A stretch of 64,000 nucleotides of DNA from Anthoceros angustus (taxonomy: Eukaryota > Plantae > Anthocerotophyta), in NCBI GenBank assembly GCA_010909165.1, contig MU008155.1:558001-622000 (forward strand), read 5' to 3'. Below the pieces are notes generated by a model. That model was not told where the DNA came from. It was given only the letters and a program-made list of their open reading frames with translations, and made no database searches. The position numbers and the translations under genes were made by a program. Below, piece by piece: positions 11,914 through 24,800 of this stretch; the stretch's first letter is position 1, and the number at the start of each line of letters is the position of its first letter.

Positions 11914-12721
11914 GTTCATGCCACCTCTCATTCCCCAGGTCGGCTCACATTTTTTTTTTTTGTGTTGTGGAGAGGACTAACTTTTCCAGTAGGAATGGAA
12001 CTCTTGTTGAAAGGTGCCCTGTGACAGTCTGTCAGCTTGGCCTTTTGGCGGCAATACTTCCTGAGGACTTGTGGTATGAATGGACAAGTAGGATGACGGG
12101 AGGAGGAAACTGGGTTCCTCCAGGCAACTATTGTGAGGCGATAAGCATTTGACAGACGACGGCACCTCGCAGTTGTGTGTACCCACATTTTAGTGCCTCA
12201 AGCCTCAACTCATCAGATGCCATGTACCAGCAGCAATGAAGCTTTTAGAAGGCGTTCGTCTCCACAGGTTGGATTTCGGCAAGTACCTCTAGAAGTTTGA
12301 TATAGTTGGCAGGCAGGATGTAGATACTCAGTCTGTGGGACAGACTCTCTGAGCATGTTGACCTGTCACACCATGATGTATACCTCAAGACCTCAAGATT
12401 GGCAGCAGCGCTGCCGAAACCAAGTAAACCCGTTCCCAAGTCAGTTTAGCGTCCTAGGCAAAGGGGCAGCCGAGGCAAGCCCATGCGGTTGTCAGAGATG
12501 CCATTGATGTTGCCCGTAATTTTGCCGCGGTTACGTGTACATAAATAGTGTCCAACGGGATTCGGACTTGGGTTCACACATTTTCCCCTAGAACCGGGCT
12601 TAGCCGGAACAGCCGACCTCATGCCCGCTGCCTAGATACATACCCACGAGACAATTCGGGTGTCTTCAAGACAGGTGCAGACACTTAGGCTGAGGGCCGA
12701 GGGTATGAGGGCTAAGAACGG

Positions 12722-13585
12722 AGTTGCCTGACTCGTGGCTAGCCGGAAGCTGTGAGGTCGCAGAGGAGTGAAAAGTGCTCACCAAGTATGTTCCCCAGTT
12801 CAAGCTTTGCCTGGTTGGGAAAGAGCTTGGTCTTCAATCCAGAGTTTTGCCCATGCTTCCGAAGCGTAGGGGAATTGGAGGCGCAGCAGTCCTGTTGGAG
12901 GGAACAGTCACTGCAACAGAAAGCTTTCCCAGCTTCGAGCCTGGGGTTGGACCAGGTCCCGAATCCGGGCCGCTTCCTGGCTTCGAATTCGGCAGTTTGT
13001 TTGACGACAATGCCATCTAGAGCAGCATCAGTAGTGAGTGGAAGGGCTTCTTAGGGCAAGTGATGAAAAGTGGGTCGCCGGTTATGGCCTGCAATGGAGA
13101 CCCTGTACGCGACGGTGCAGAGCACTCCCTCGCGGCTGGTGCGGCTTAGCACTGAGAGAGGTATCCAGCGTACCTGTGGAATCTGGCATTGCCCGGATAT
13201 AAGAACCGGGGCGCGCTTTCGCCGAGCGAGTTTTGTCTGGCACAGTGGAAGGCTCCTGTGCTGCTGCGATGGTATTTGGGTGCTGGACGATGAAATTCTC
13301 CAGGGGCTAAAGAGCGTGGGGTTGCCTGTCTCGTGGCTAGCTGGAAGCAGTGAGGTTGAGAAGGAGCCAAACGTGCACGCCACATATGTTCCCCAGTTCA
13401 TGCTTCTCCTGGTTGGGGAAGAGCTTGGTGATGGCGCCTCCACCAGCGCACCGGGCACTTTGGTGCGCTCTAAGGTCTGTCCGCCATTGCCGGATGGAGT
13501 GGTGGAAGCAGTGCTGCTTAGGTTACCGGCCGCTGCCGCGTCGGAGAGGGAACGAGTCTTCAATCCAGTGAATCAGAGCTTCAAA
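12722..13585 (+). pseudogene. Fragmented, order-permuted paralog of the 10552 F-box gene
   Basis: Segments YVPQFKL..GKEL, GTVTATESFPSF and PSRLVRLSTERG, followed by a second N-terminal piece LPDGVVEAVLLRLP..VFNPVNQSFKV. Confidence 0.75.
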
Positions 13586-14399
13586 GTTTGGCTCCCCGCA
13601 CAAGCTGCGCGATCAGTAGCACAGCGCTGGCATCGAATTGGCCAAGCGATTATACGGGACACAGCTTGAGAATCTGGTACACATGCAGCAGGTGGTCGAA
13701 GACGTTGCTGCCGTGTTTGTGCCAGCTCTCAGACGCCTCCACGGATTGCAACCCAAAGGGAGATCGGAATGCAAGGCTGGATTAAAATTTTGAGTTGTTA
13801 AAATTAAAGAGGCTTGTTATATCCAGCCTCCATGTGCCTGTGCTGCCCTTCGTGTCACACATGATGGAATCTGAGCACACAAAGTAACCACACCCTCCTT
13901 CGCTCGAGCTGTGTGGGCAACTGCTGTGCCAGCAAGCTAACGGGGACAAGCTTTACAGCACGCGAACTTCCAAAACCTTGATTGTCAAAGCGCAGGCCAG
14001 AATTTGATCACTCACTTGTAGGCAAAAGCTTCCACATTCAGTTGTCCAGCAATCCGAAACGCATCAAGCGCATACATCCTTCTTCTTCTCCTTCACGTAC
14101 AGCCTGGTCATATCACCGTCTGCCAAACTTTCCTACCGGCCAGGTGGCAGTATGTCCAGCAGATTCTTCGGTGCAAATAGTGAGAAGCACGTGCCCGTGT
14201 CCTCAGTTAGGACACTGAACAGGTCCTGGGTTTTGTGGATCAGCCAAGTGTTAGGTCAAGACACGTGCCATGCACCTCACAAATCGGACCCGCAATCGCT
14301 CACACCAGTAGGTACCTAATTACGGGCCTTGAGGCCGGAGCTGCCGGGCTACTATGGTCTTGCAACGCATACTCTGGAGGCCGAGGGTTTCAAGGGTTT

Positions 14400-15630
14400 T
14401 GCGGCCGGAACCTTGTTGAATCTCCATCTTTCAGACGTCCCCGATGAAGAGGATGAGGATTCTAGTGAGGAGGATGACGATTCCAGGGAGACTTTCCCGA
14501 ACGATGCGGAGAACGTGGAGTTCCCTGTGTCCTGGCTAGCTGGAAGGAGTGAGGCCACACAGCCAGGGAATTACACCACGTATGATCCCCATTTCATGCT
14601 TTACGTGGTTGGGGAGGAGCTTGGTGATGACGACTCTACCAGCGCAGCAGGGCACTGTGGTGTGCCCTAAGGTCTGTCAAGACATTGCCGGAGGATGTGG
14701 TGGAAGCGTGCTGCTGCGGTTACCGGCGGCAGCGCAGGCCCGCTGCCGAGCTGTGTGCAAGGCTTGGCGTGCCATGCTCGACCATCCAGAGTTTCCCCGG
14801 CGGTCGTCGTGCACGACAGTGCGTTCTCCAGGCACTGTCGTGCACGACGACCCCTCTCCTGTGTGCTGTGAAGTTTTGTAGTACATAGGACTAAAACACA
14901 CCGGGACCGCTTTCGGCCCGGTATCAGGCCTTGAAGGTGGATCTGGCCTTCTTGCCACAGGTGTTCCATGGTATTGAAACCCATCTTCACAACTGTTCAC
15001 CGTGTGGTCTCATGTGCATTAGCCGTCGCGTGCTCGACGGTATGCATGTGTGTGTGCTGAATCCATTGAACCAGAGCTTCAAAGTTTTGCCCTTCCTTCA
15101 CAAGCTTTGGGGTTTTCGTGTCCTCCTGTTGGTGGGAAGAGTCACTGCAACACAGAAAGCATTCCCAGCTTCAAGGTGTATGTCTCCAGTGTCGGACCAA
15201 TTCCCGATGTCTCCTGTATCGGACCAATTCCCGGCTTCCACCGTCTTGCCAACTTTCGTTTGTTTGAGGACGTTGCCATCTTCAGCAGCATCAGTGGTGA
15301 ATGGACGGGTTTCTTAGGTCGCCCTGACGTGGAGAGATGTGATACGCCGGCTGTCGCTTGCAATGGAGACTTGTACACCACGCTGTGGGGCAGTCCCTCG
15401 CGGCTGGTGCGGCTTAGCACGGAGAGGGGTCGACGCTGCGTGTGGAATCTGGCATTGCCCGCTTTCAAGAAGGGCTGGGGCGTGCAGTTGGAGATCGAGT
15501 ATTGTCTGGCAGGGTACCATAGAAGGCTTCTGTGCTGCTCCGGTGGTATTTGGATGTTAGACGAAAGCCAGGAGGCTGTGGGTGGAGGTTGCGGGAAGTT
15601 GTCCGCCTCACGTATTGCCACCTGGCGATC
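14400..15630 (+). pseudogene. F-box paralog, frameshifted and 3'-truncated by a LINE fragment
   Basis: VEFPVSWLAG, LLRLPAAAQARCRAVCKAW, LNPLNQSFKVLP and YCLAGY..LLCCSGGIW. Shares upstream sequence (14250-14405) with 10410-10545. Confidence 0.8.
14802..14852. repeat. Perfect 21-bp inverted repeat with 9-nt loop
   Basis: GGTCGTCGTGCACGACAGTGC-gttctccag-GCACTGTCGTGCACGACGACC. Confidence 0.95.
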
Positions 15631-15639
15631 GAAAGTGTC

Positions 15640-16240
15640 TTTTTCTGTCCGTGGTGGACAACACTCATATCTTAGGTCCCGAGGGCAAGGGAAGTTTTCG
15701 CACTTTTGTCCTCGGATCTCCGGCCTAGGTTTGGGGGTTTGAGGATCAAGATTCTAAAGTGCAAGGTTTGGTACCCATCTGCCATTACTCCCTCTCTTCA
15801 AGTTCCTAGGGGGGACATAGTTCCTTCGTAGGGACTTCGCATCTTGGGATCCCCATGGGACCTCCAGCCTTTTATTTAGGGTTTTGTGGATGAGGCTTTG
15901 AATGAGGACTTGACCCACGTTAACGACTTATCCCTATTAGGGGACCCTCAGGTGGCATTTGACATCCTTTCCTTCTACTTCGCGCATCGGTCGGGTTACC
16001 TCACCAGAACGGTGGCTCCCTCCCCAGCTTTTCTATTAAGCCTACGGAATTTTGTTCTACAGATTATGCAGGCACTTGGTAGATATTATCGGGCAGGGGA
16101 TCTTCGAGTGTGCGGCAGGGGATCTTCGAGTGTGCGGCAGGGGATCTTCGAGTGTGCGGCAGGGGATCTTCGAGTTTGCCGCAGGGCCTTGCTCAGTGGC
16201 AGGCGTCCCTTCCTATCGCTTTTGAGAGCGCTCATATAAT
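15640..16240 (+). mobile_element. Non-LTR retrotransposon RT fragment (CRE-like)
   Basis: VVDNTHILGP (degenerate YxDD), GLGL..KCKVW, GLRILGIPMGPPAF, and LGDPQVAFDIL..YLTRTVAP. Confidence 0.6.
16092..16186 (+). repeat. 22-bp minisatellite x4
   Basis: GGCAGGGGATCTTCGAGTGTGC units with no unique spacers. Confidence 0.9.
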
Positions 16241-16311
16241 TTCCAGGCGCGGAGTGAACATGCAGAAAATGCTCGAGGTACATTAAATCTTGGCTTCCAC
16301 ATGTGACCAGG

Positions 16312-16713
16312 TGAGGGGCAACTTTTGCTAACGGACTAGCCGGGTGCACACTTATAACCCAATGTCGATGTAGTGCTGGGTTCGTTCCACAGGGAATGGA
16401 CTTGTGCTTATTCTACCTAAGCTCTACAACCTATCGCTTGAACAGACTTCATCACATTGGGTCTGGCGGACTCCGCAACCTTAAGCGTGTGCCACTCCGC
16501 AACTCAACGGACCAGACATGCAACCCACCTGACCTTCTTGCAAACTCCGCTCAAGGTTTCTCAAGCATTGTTTAAGGTTCGGTGGACTGGAATAGGTTTA
16601 GCAACACGTTCCTCCGTCAGTCCCCGTACCCTAACTCCTCCCTATCCCTAATAAAAAGTAACAACTCAAAAAAAAACAAAACAAGCCTAAAACAAGCCGC
16701 CGGGGTATGAACA
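16312..16713 (-). mobile_element. Short (~0.4 kb) solo LTR related to the giant-LTR Gypsy family
   Basis: TG...CA termini. First ~80 bp resemble 33685-33760, and 16312-16625 aligns with 28838-29090. Flanks CCAGG/TTAGA differ only by transitions (possible decayed TSD). Confidence 0.55.
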
Positions 16714-16778
16714 TTAGATTTGGCACTCTATAAGTACCTACACAGCAAAAAAACCCTCTTGACCTGGGAAGCTACCAA

Positions 16779-16848
16779 TTGCAAAGAGCAAGGGTCAGGC
16801 CCAATGTTCTTCATTGCAAAGAGCAAGGGTCAGGCCCAATGTTCTCCA
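16779..16848 (+). repeat. 35-bp tandem duplication
   Basis: TTGCAAAGAGCAAGGGTCAGGCCCAATGTTCT.CA x2. Confidence 0.85.
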
Positions 16849-17104
16849 TTTCAATGTATGGTAACATTCACATCATATCATTGGCCATTCGTTGTGAGCC
16901 TGGGCTCGTTACCTCTTCTCACCTTGAACTAAACTGTTGTTTAACCATACCTTCCTGAGGTTAGCTAATGAAACCACCTAGGTTTAAAACTTCAAGCCAA
17001 AGGACCGTTACTTCAAGACGGTTGCCATCCTGCCCTACCAAGTCGGACTTGCAAGAGGACATTCCACACTAAGCTGAGGGTTTTGCGGTTTTGCGGCAGT
17101 TAAT

Positions 17105-18733
17105 ATGCTGCGTCTCCCGTTGAAATCCCGGTTCGTCCTCCGGGAGGAAGTGGTGGAAGCAGTCTTTCTCTGCTTGCAGCGGCCAGACCCTGCAAGGCTT
17201 ACAGGCATGGCTGTCCTCCTGCTTCGGAGATTACGGGCGGAGCTCTCTACAATCGTTCTCGCAGACCATGCCTCCGCTATGTGCAAGGCCGGGCTTGCCC
17301 TGCTCACCAACCCAGAGATTCTGCGGCAGAGCTCTCTACAATCATTCTCGCCAACCATGCCTCCGCTGTGTGCCGTCAAGTATTGCCTTAAGAAGCGGGT
17401 TAAGGCACCTTGGGAGCGTCTGCGACGACGCCTCAGGGTCAAGGGCTTGAAGGTGGATCTCTCCTTCTTGCCAGAGGTTTTCCATTCTAGCCGTTCGGAG
17501 CTTCACAATTGTTCTCCTTGTGGTTTCATGTGCATTAGTCTAGTAGATGAGGGAATGCTTTTGTGTGCTCAATCCAATGAACCGTAGCTTGATTTTGCCT
17601 TTACTTGAGCTTTGGGGTTATCATGATCATGTGGTGTTGTTGATGGGAACAACATCGCAGCAGAAGCATTCCTGCCTTCAAGGTTTATGTCTCTCTTGTC
17701 GGACCCGTTCCCACTCCGGTGTCCTGCTCACCAACCCGAGATTGAGCTCTCTACAATCATTCTCGCCAACCATGCCTCCGCTGTGTGCCGTCAAGTATTG
17801 CCTTAAGAAGCGGGTTAAGGCACCTTGGGAGTCTGCGACGCCGCCTCGGTCAAGGGCTTGAAGGTGGATCTCTCCTTCTTGCCAGAGGTTTTCCATTCTA
17901 GCCGTTCGGAGCTTCACAATTGTTCTCCTTGTGGTTTCATGTGCATTAGCTGTCTAGTAGATGAGGGAATGCTTTTGTGTGTGCTCAATCCAATGAACCA
18001 GAGCTTCAGGATTTTGCCTTTACTTCAGAAGCTTTGGGGTTATCATGATCATGTGGTGTTGTTGATGGGAACAGTCACTGCAACAGGAAGCATTCCCAGC
18101 TTCAAGGTTTATGTCTCTCTTGTCGGACCAGTTTCCCACTCCAGGTGTCCTATCAGCCAGAAATTTTTTAGGACATCGCCATCTACAGTAGCATCAGTGG
18201 TGAGTGGACGGGCTTCTTAGGGCGCCCTGATGTGGAGACAAGTGATCCCCCGGCTTTCTGCTGCAATGGAGACTTGTATACGATAGTGGATAGCACTCCC
18301 GCACGGCTGGTCCGGTTGAGCACGGAGCCGGGACCAGGGTAACCGTGGGATGTGGCATTGCCCGCCTTTGAGGCTCGTCGGGGCGAGCATTGGGTGAGGG
18401 AATTTTTTGTGGAAAGCCATCGTGGACGGCTGTTGCGCATCTGCAATGGTATCTGGATGTTGGACGATGACGGCCAGCTGTGGGTCAAAATTGCGAGGAA
18501 GTGCCCGCCTAATATGCTGCCACCGACCCATCCAAAGAAGTAGGCTTGGCTGAAGAATGTGCACGTTTCTGGGGACCTCGTGGTTTTCTTTTATCAGGTA
18601 GGGGTTAATTGTTGTGACAGAAACATGGTTTATCCTGTTGCTTATGATATGCTTCGGTGATTGTGGTGAAAGGCTCCCCAGGTTCTTGCTCAATGTGGGT
18701 AGTTTTCCAACCCCTGCCGAATTTGAGGCTTTG
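17105..18733 (+). pseudogene. F-box paralog with internal duplication (~17300-17718 / 17720-18140), stops and frameshifts
   Basis: EEVVEAVFL, KVDLSFLPEVF (twice), LNPMNQSFRILP and LKNVHVSGDLVVFFYQ. The 3' end matches 11880-11960. Confidence 0.8.
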
Positions 18734-21299
18734 AGTTCAATTCGCTGTTTCATGTTCAGGCCCTCAGCAAGCTGCGTCTCAGCGGTCGGCTCAACTTTTT
18801 TTTTGTTTTATGGAGAGGATGAATCTTATCGGCAGTGCCCTCTCCCCAGCTTTCCAGCTTGACATGTGGGATTTTGGCGGCACTGAGGACATGTGGAGGT
18901 TCAGCCCGTTCCCAGTCAGTTCGATGTCGGGAGTAGAGCCAAAGGGGCTCATGCAAAGTTTTGCATCTGCTGAGTCATTTAGGAAGAATATTGAAGTCCT
19001 TGGAGCTCATGATGTAATCGTTAACTTTCCTCTGATACATCCCGTGTCATCTGTAGTGGTGAAGCTCTTCAAACTACTGAAGTTGCACATGACAGCACCA
19101 TATTATCAGCCGTCTGCCTGGAAGGCTTTTTCCGCTTTGTTCCCACGGTGGAGTGTCGAGAACAGCTCACGTTCCTACATCTTCATATGGTTCACGATGC
19201 GCATGCGAACAACATACAATAATGTCCGGATAATGCCAAGATGGGGTGACGGGCTTGCCATGGAGGGAGAGGGTCAGTTGACAGCGCCTATCAGAGGTGA
19301 GCCGAGGGCGGAGACGTGGAGACGCAAACTTCGTGGTAGAAGGTGGAGCCTTAGTGTGACCAAATGCCGTTGTTTAGGGCCCGAGGTTTGTGGCTCTCAT
19401 TTCTGGTTTTGCGCATTGTTACGAGGAGATCCCAAGGCCTCGGCTTGAGATGGAGGCCGGCGGCGTGGACATCGTCGAAACCTATTCCGATCTAACCGTC
19501 CCTCAACCCCACCGGATGATGTAGTTCACTCTACTCTGGTGTGGGAATGCCACCTCCTCCTACCCTAGCGCCCGTGCATTTAGCCTCAAATTGGCCCCAA
19601 ATTGGGCATAGATTGAAAATGCGAGAACTTGAGAACTCGGGAATCTTTCGCCAAAAGCGTCCAAGCATGTAACGAATAAACAAGACAATCCACATATCTC
19701 CGGTGGGAAAATGAGCCCTCAACTGATGAAATGCAAAAAAACGAGAAGCCCACGTGCACTCGTGCAACGGGAAGCCCTTGGAGATGGCGGCTCCACTTGC
19801 GCCGCATGCACTTTGGTGGACTTCAAGTAGCCAGTTCACAAACCTCCGCACTTTGCCTGGTGCTGCTGCTTTTCATTCAAAGCTTGCGTGCAGCCCTCAC
19901 TGTACATGTAGTTGCAAGTGATTGCTGCGGACAATGGAACAAATGCTTGCGGACGCCAATTCACATAACCGGATTTAAAGGATGTCGTGGTTGCTCGACT
20001 ATCAGCGATTCTTTGAAGAAAAATGGAATTGTTTGAGTGTCCTCTTCAAAAATCTAACTTCCAGGTACCAAGTTGCAGCCAGCGAAAGCCTTGGCTTCGG
20101 TGCGGATGTCGAACAAGCTTCGGCATTAAAATGCTTATAGGGGAAGGAGGGGAGCCACCTCCAAGCCGGAGGAGTTTTCTTGAAGTCGACAGCCGCAATC
20201 TTGTCCAAGTTAAGCTGCATGATGTACGCCACGTCCTGTCCCGCCACAGCCCTGATGCGCTTGGCGCGCCGTATAGTGTTGTAGTACACATCCAAGAAGT
20301 CAATGAGCATGGAATCTGGCATGGCGTTCACCAGCACCCAGGTCATGCGAGCGAAATCCAGCTCCCAAATCTGCAGAGACGGAGGCGATGAAGATCGGTA
20401 TGCCTTCCCCTTGCGATGCACGCCAAGGACCACGCACATGCGGCCCGCACATTGATGAGTTTGCCGCGGCAGACAGCGGCGAGGCTTGGCCCACCAACAA
20501 GCTCCACTCCGCCCGCTCAGTGTGCTTACAGCGGATTGCGATTCATTGGATATCCAACAATGCGGTGAAACCCGAGCCCAGGCACTGCCCGCGTCAGGGG
20601 CTCGTCCCCAGTCGGGAAAGGCCGGGTTGTCTTGGTCCGCCCCGTCGGTGGAGTCGAGGCGAAGGTGGGGACGTCTCCCAGGCCATCCACCAAACTCACA
20701 GCCACCAGCTTGAAGCAACATGCCGTGGCATCCACCAACATGCCATACACTTACATCAACCCCACCATTGGGTTGCGCGGGAAGTGCGCCATGCAGGCCC
20801 AACCGGTCCTCACCCAGAACCAGTCGGTACCCATGGAACCCATGAACTTCATACGTCCGTCCGCGTGCTTCAACACCCAGAGCGGACTCTCCGGGATCAG
20901 GTCCGGGAGGGGTGTGGACAAAGACTCTCCTTGGGGTTAGGAAATAAGCTGGGTTTGTTTTTTTTCGTAGGTATGGAGTGTAAAATAAGGCGGAAAGGGA
21001 GGAAGAAGCACTGGTACTCGGGGCTCTACTCGGACTCAGACTCGGGGTAGGTAACGGACCACAGAGCCACTCGAGGACCTCGACCACGCAGAATGTCGGG
21101 ATAAGTCCGGATCCCACTCCGGGTCAAAATGGGATAAGCACGCTAAGTAACTTAGAAGTTGGAGCGTGAGTTAGACAGGCGGCGCCACGTGATGGTGAGA
21201 GGTGAACAGCATGCCGTGACCGTAGGGTTGCCAAAGGGTCGCAGGTATATTCACGCCCGGCACAGCGCGGCAGGCCGCGTAAGGCCAGCGTAAGCGGCA

Positions 21300-24200
21300 C
21301 AGAGTAAGCCAGCCAGGTGCTCGATACACGGACGAAGAGCCGCCCCGCCGGCCATTTCACGGAGAGAAGCGAGGCGGAGGTCATTCTTCCAAACAACTTC
21401 GCAACGATTGCATTCTCACGCCCGACACCCGGCTCGGTAGTTGTCGATCGCCTGCACCCCGCGCTCGACTTGGCGAGGAAGCAACCCCACGCTGCCGAGG
21501 AGCGGAAGATTGCGGAGCCTCACGCCAACTGGAACAAGGAGTGTGAAGATGGGACCAAGAAAGCGCGGAGGCGTGGGAGCCATGGCGCTGGTGGAGCGCA
21601 ACATCGCACCAAGCGCCACCCGACTGGGGGCCGGGAGGAGGCGGAGGAGGGTGGAGGAGTGGCACTGACATTTTCCAGCTCGACCTTCGACATACCCCTA
21701 GTCCGGAGTACGCTCAAGATGTTGGCCGCCAACAAGGAGGTCCGATCCAAGAACTCCGGAGGACCTAGAGGTGGACTGTGGAGGTCCCGAGTATACACCG
21801 CCCAAATGAGGAAGTAGGAGGAGGAACCCTCAAGGTGAAGGGGAAGGTGGAAGCGCCAGGCGCCCTTTGCGACTGGGAACGCAGCGTCCTCCAACGGATG
21901 GTCGATGCCTGACCGGACAGAGGGTAGCGCGCAAGATTATCGCCCATCGAACATGCTCACCAAGGTGGACCACCTTGGAGATAATGCTAGTGTTCCTCCA
22001 CGACCTGGGGAAAACGCCGATCGGATAATCTTCGCCCGGGTCAATCGAAGCTCGCAGTCGAGGTGCGAGAAGCCACCTCCGCTGCTATCGCCTGCTGATT
22101 CATGTGGCACGCGAACCTCCCAAAGGAGGGTGAAGAAGAACGAGCACTCGGAAAGGGCCGCCCACCGAGGCAAGGAAGAGCAGGAGGCGGAGGCCCGCCC
22201 ATCCGGAGTAAGAGGGTCCGGGAGGAGGACGATCGGGAGGGAATTCTGACTATACGCCGAGCGGACCCCTCGCCACCGAGGGAAGTGTGGAGGACATCCC
22301 CGCCTCCTCCGTGGTGCCCCACCGAGCCGCAGTAGAGGCGCATAGACGGAGTTGGCGCTCCGGCAGCGGCCAACAACAACGACACCGAGCCCCGACGGAC
22401 TCTGGGAACCAAAGAGGCGGAAGACGGCCCGCCTATCAACGCACCGACGGCGCCTGTTCTGCCCCGCCAACGGAGTGGCAAGAAGCGGAGGAGGCAAGGG
22501 CGGAGAGGGACGCGCCAAGGAGCGGAGGCCACCGGCAGCCTCACCCGAGCTCCCCTGCCTCCGACCGGGAGAGGGCGGCTCCCGACCTCCCTTCACCACC
22601 TCCGAGCCCTGTGGAGGAGAAGGCGGAGAAGGAGTTAGCGGCCAAGAGGGCAAGGTGAGGCTCAAGACTCGTGACCTAAGGGTCCCGATTAGGTCCGAGA
22701 GCCCGACTCGCCCGGACTGCAGATGGCGGTCCTGATGACGGAGAGATGCCCGCGCCTACGCCGATTTTCTCGGCATCTCTCAGCGTGTGAAGAAACGCGG
22801 CGAGTTTTAGCTACATGGACGGATGCTTTGGGGCCTCTGACGCGGAGAAGACCCAAGTGGAGGCCACCCGAGGAGGATGGTGGAACTTCAAGGGCGTGGA
22901 GGCCCGGAGGCGAAGGCGGAGTCCTCGCCGAATCGAGGAGGAAAGCGTCGGAGGCGGAGGCGGAGGTCCGGCGGTTAAGGCGGACCAAGATCCTTCACCT
23001 ATGCGAACAACAAGGCGCAGAGGCCCAAGCACGGGCTGAAGACCGCAAACGGAGGCGGGGCGCAGATGAGGCGGAGGAGGGTCGAGGCGCGGAGAACGAC
23101 CGCCGAGGCGGCTCGGCTAGACCAACACCAAGCCGCGAGGCTCGTGAAGGCGGCGCGGAGGCGGAAGCCGCAAAGGTCGACCGATCGCCACCGACGTGAT
23201 CGGAACCGTGGAGAGAAGCGGCGGGTAGCTGCCAACTCAAGGCCGGGCAGTGGCAACAAGGCGAGAGCCGAGGAAGAGATGGAGGCCAGCGGCAGGCCTC
23301 GGGCTGTCACTGCCTCCAACCGGGAGAGGGGCCGGCTCCGGACCCTTCACCTCCAAGCCCCGAGGAGAAGGCGGAGAAGGAGTTAGCGGCCAAGAGGGCC
23401 AGGAAGGAGAGGCGGACCTCTCGGACCGAGGTCCCTGATTAGTTTCGAGCGGTCTGGACTCGCTCGGGGTATATGTGATCCTTGAGACGAGGAGATGCCC
23501 GCTACCAGCGGACTTCTGAGCATCTCCCCGTGGAAAAGCAGCGGGTTTTGAGCTCCATTGGGCGGGATGCTTTGGGGCCTCTGCCGGCAATGGAGAAGAC
23601 CCAAGTGGAGGCCACCCGGAGGAGGATGGTGGAACTTCAAGAGGCAGATGGGCGGCCAGGCGGCGGAGTCCCCGCCGAGTCGAGGAGGCGTCGGAGGCGG
23701 AGGTCCAGGCGGTTCGAAAGACGGACCAAGATCCTTCACTATTTGGGAAACGGTGAAGCGTGCAGAGGCCCAAGCACGGGCTGAAGACTCTGCAAGCGGA
23801 GGCGGCGGAAGGAGGCGGAGGAGGGTCGTGGCGGCGGAGAATGCCCGCGACCGGTGAGAAGGCTCGGCTAGACCAACACCTGGCGAGGCTCAGTGAAGCG
23901 GAGGCGGAGGCCGCAAAGGTTGACCGGGATCGCTACCAAGCGTGATCGGGCCGGTGGAGAGAAGGCGGGGGAGTAGCCAAGCTAACTGGTGAGCAGTGGT
24001 GCTGAACAGCGGCGAGCCGAGGAGAGATGGAGGCTAGCACCGAAATAGGGACCTCTGCAAAGTGAGCGCGGAGTGAGCCGGAGGGGCGAAGGACACCTCG
24101 AGCAACTCCAAGACGCTGCCGAAGCAACACGGGATTCTCAACGGAGAATCCAAGACAGGAGATAGAGCGCCCAGCCTCAAGACGGAGGAGAATAGGCGGC

Positions 24201-24800
24201 GATCCAAGGAGTTGGACGCCGCCAGAAGGAGCCGGAGGAAGCTGAGTGAGATACCGCCCGCCTGGAGAAGGAAGTGGCGACTGCAAGGATGAACGGAGGG
24301 ACGAGAGCTGGAGGAGGAGCAGGCGCTTGTCCGATTGGGAAGTGAGGGGGGAGCTCACCATGGCCGCAAGTTGGTGGAGCTACAACGAAAGGAGGAGGAG
24401 CACGCCGAGGCAGCAGAAAGGCCGCAGGAGGTGCGAGGCCGCCTTGGCGGCATCAAGGAGTCCGCCCGGCAAGGGCAAGCCCGGCGACGAGATGGGTCCA
24501 AGGCCACAACACGCCCACCGCCGAGCACCTCCGGAGGAGGGAGTACCGGTGCCCGGCCCATGGAGGAGGCACCAACAAGTCGACCCGACTTTGCCTACTA
24601 CGCGGAGCTCAAGGCTCGAGGTCTTGCCACCCAGGCAGGGTGGACTTCCATGGGTCAAGGAGGAGCGAGGAGGAAGGTCCCGGATAGCATGCACCACGGG
24701 ACCTTAGGAGCACTGCTTGACGACGAGAAAGAAGCAGGGCGAGGGGAGCAATTGGAGGAGCAGACGCAGGGAAGGTCATCGCACGGAGGTAAGCACCCCG
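21300..24800 (+). pseudogene. Frameshifted ORF inside the giant LTR (globular N-terminal part, Pro-rich linker, long coiled coil)
   Basis: Peptides conserved with the minus-strand copy at 35150-38050: LVERNI, VxEWH, EEKxEKELAxKR, AEAxARAED and QQVDxDFAYYxEL. Internal ~750-bp duplication (22590-23290 / 23345-24040). Confidence 0.6.

Noticed and set aside
16092-16186. CRISPR-like short repeats (also 58625-58686 and 54858-54989)
   Set aside because: Units are contiguous without unique spacers, there are no cas genes, and the context is eukaryotic. These are simple tandem repeats.
18810-19448. 212-aa ORF after the F-box cluster
   Set aside because: No domain similarity or other support for coding.
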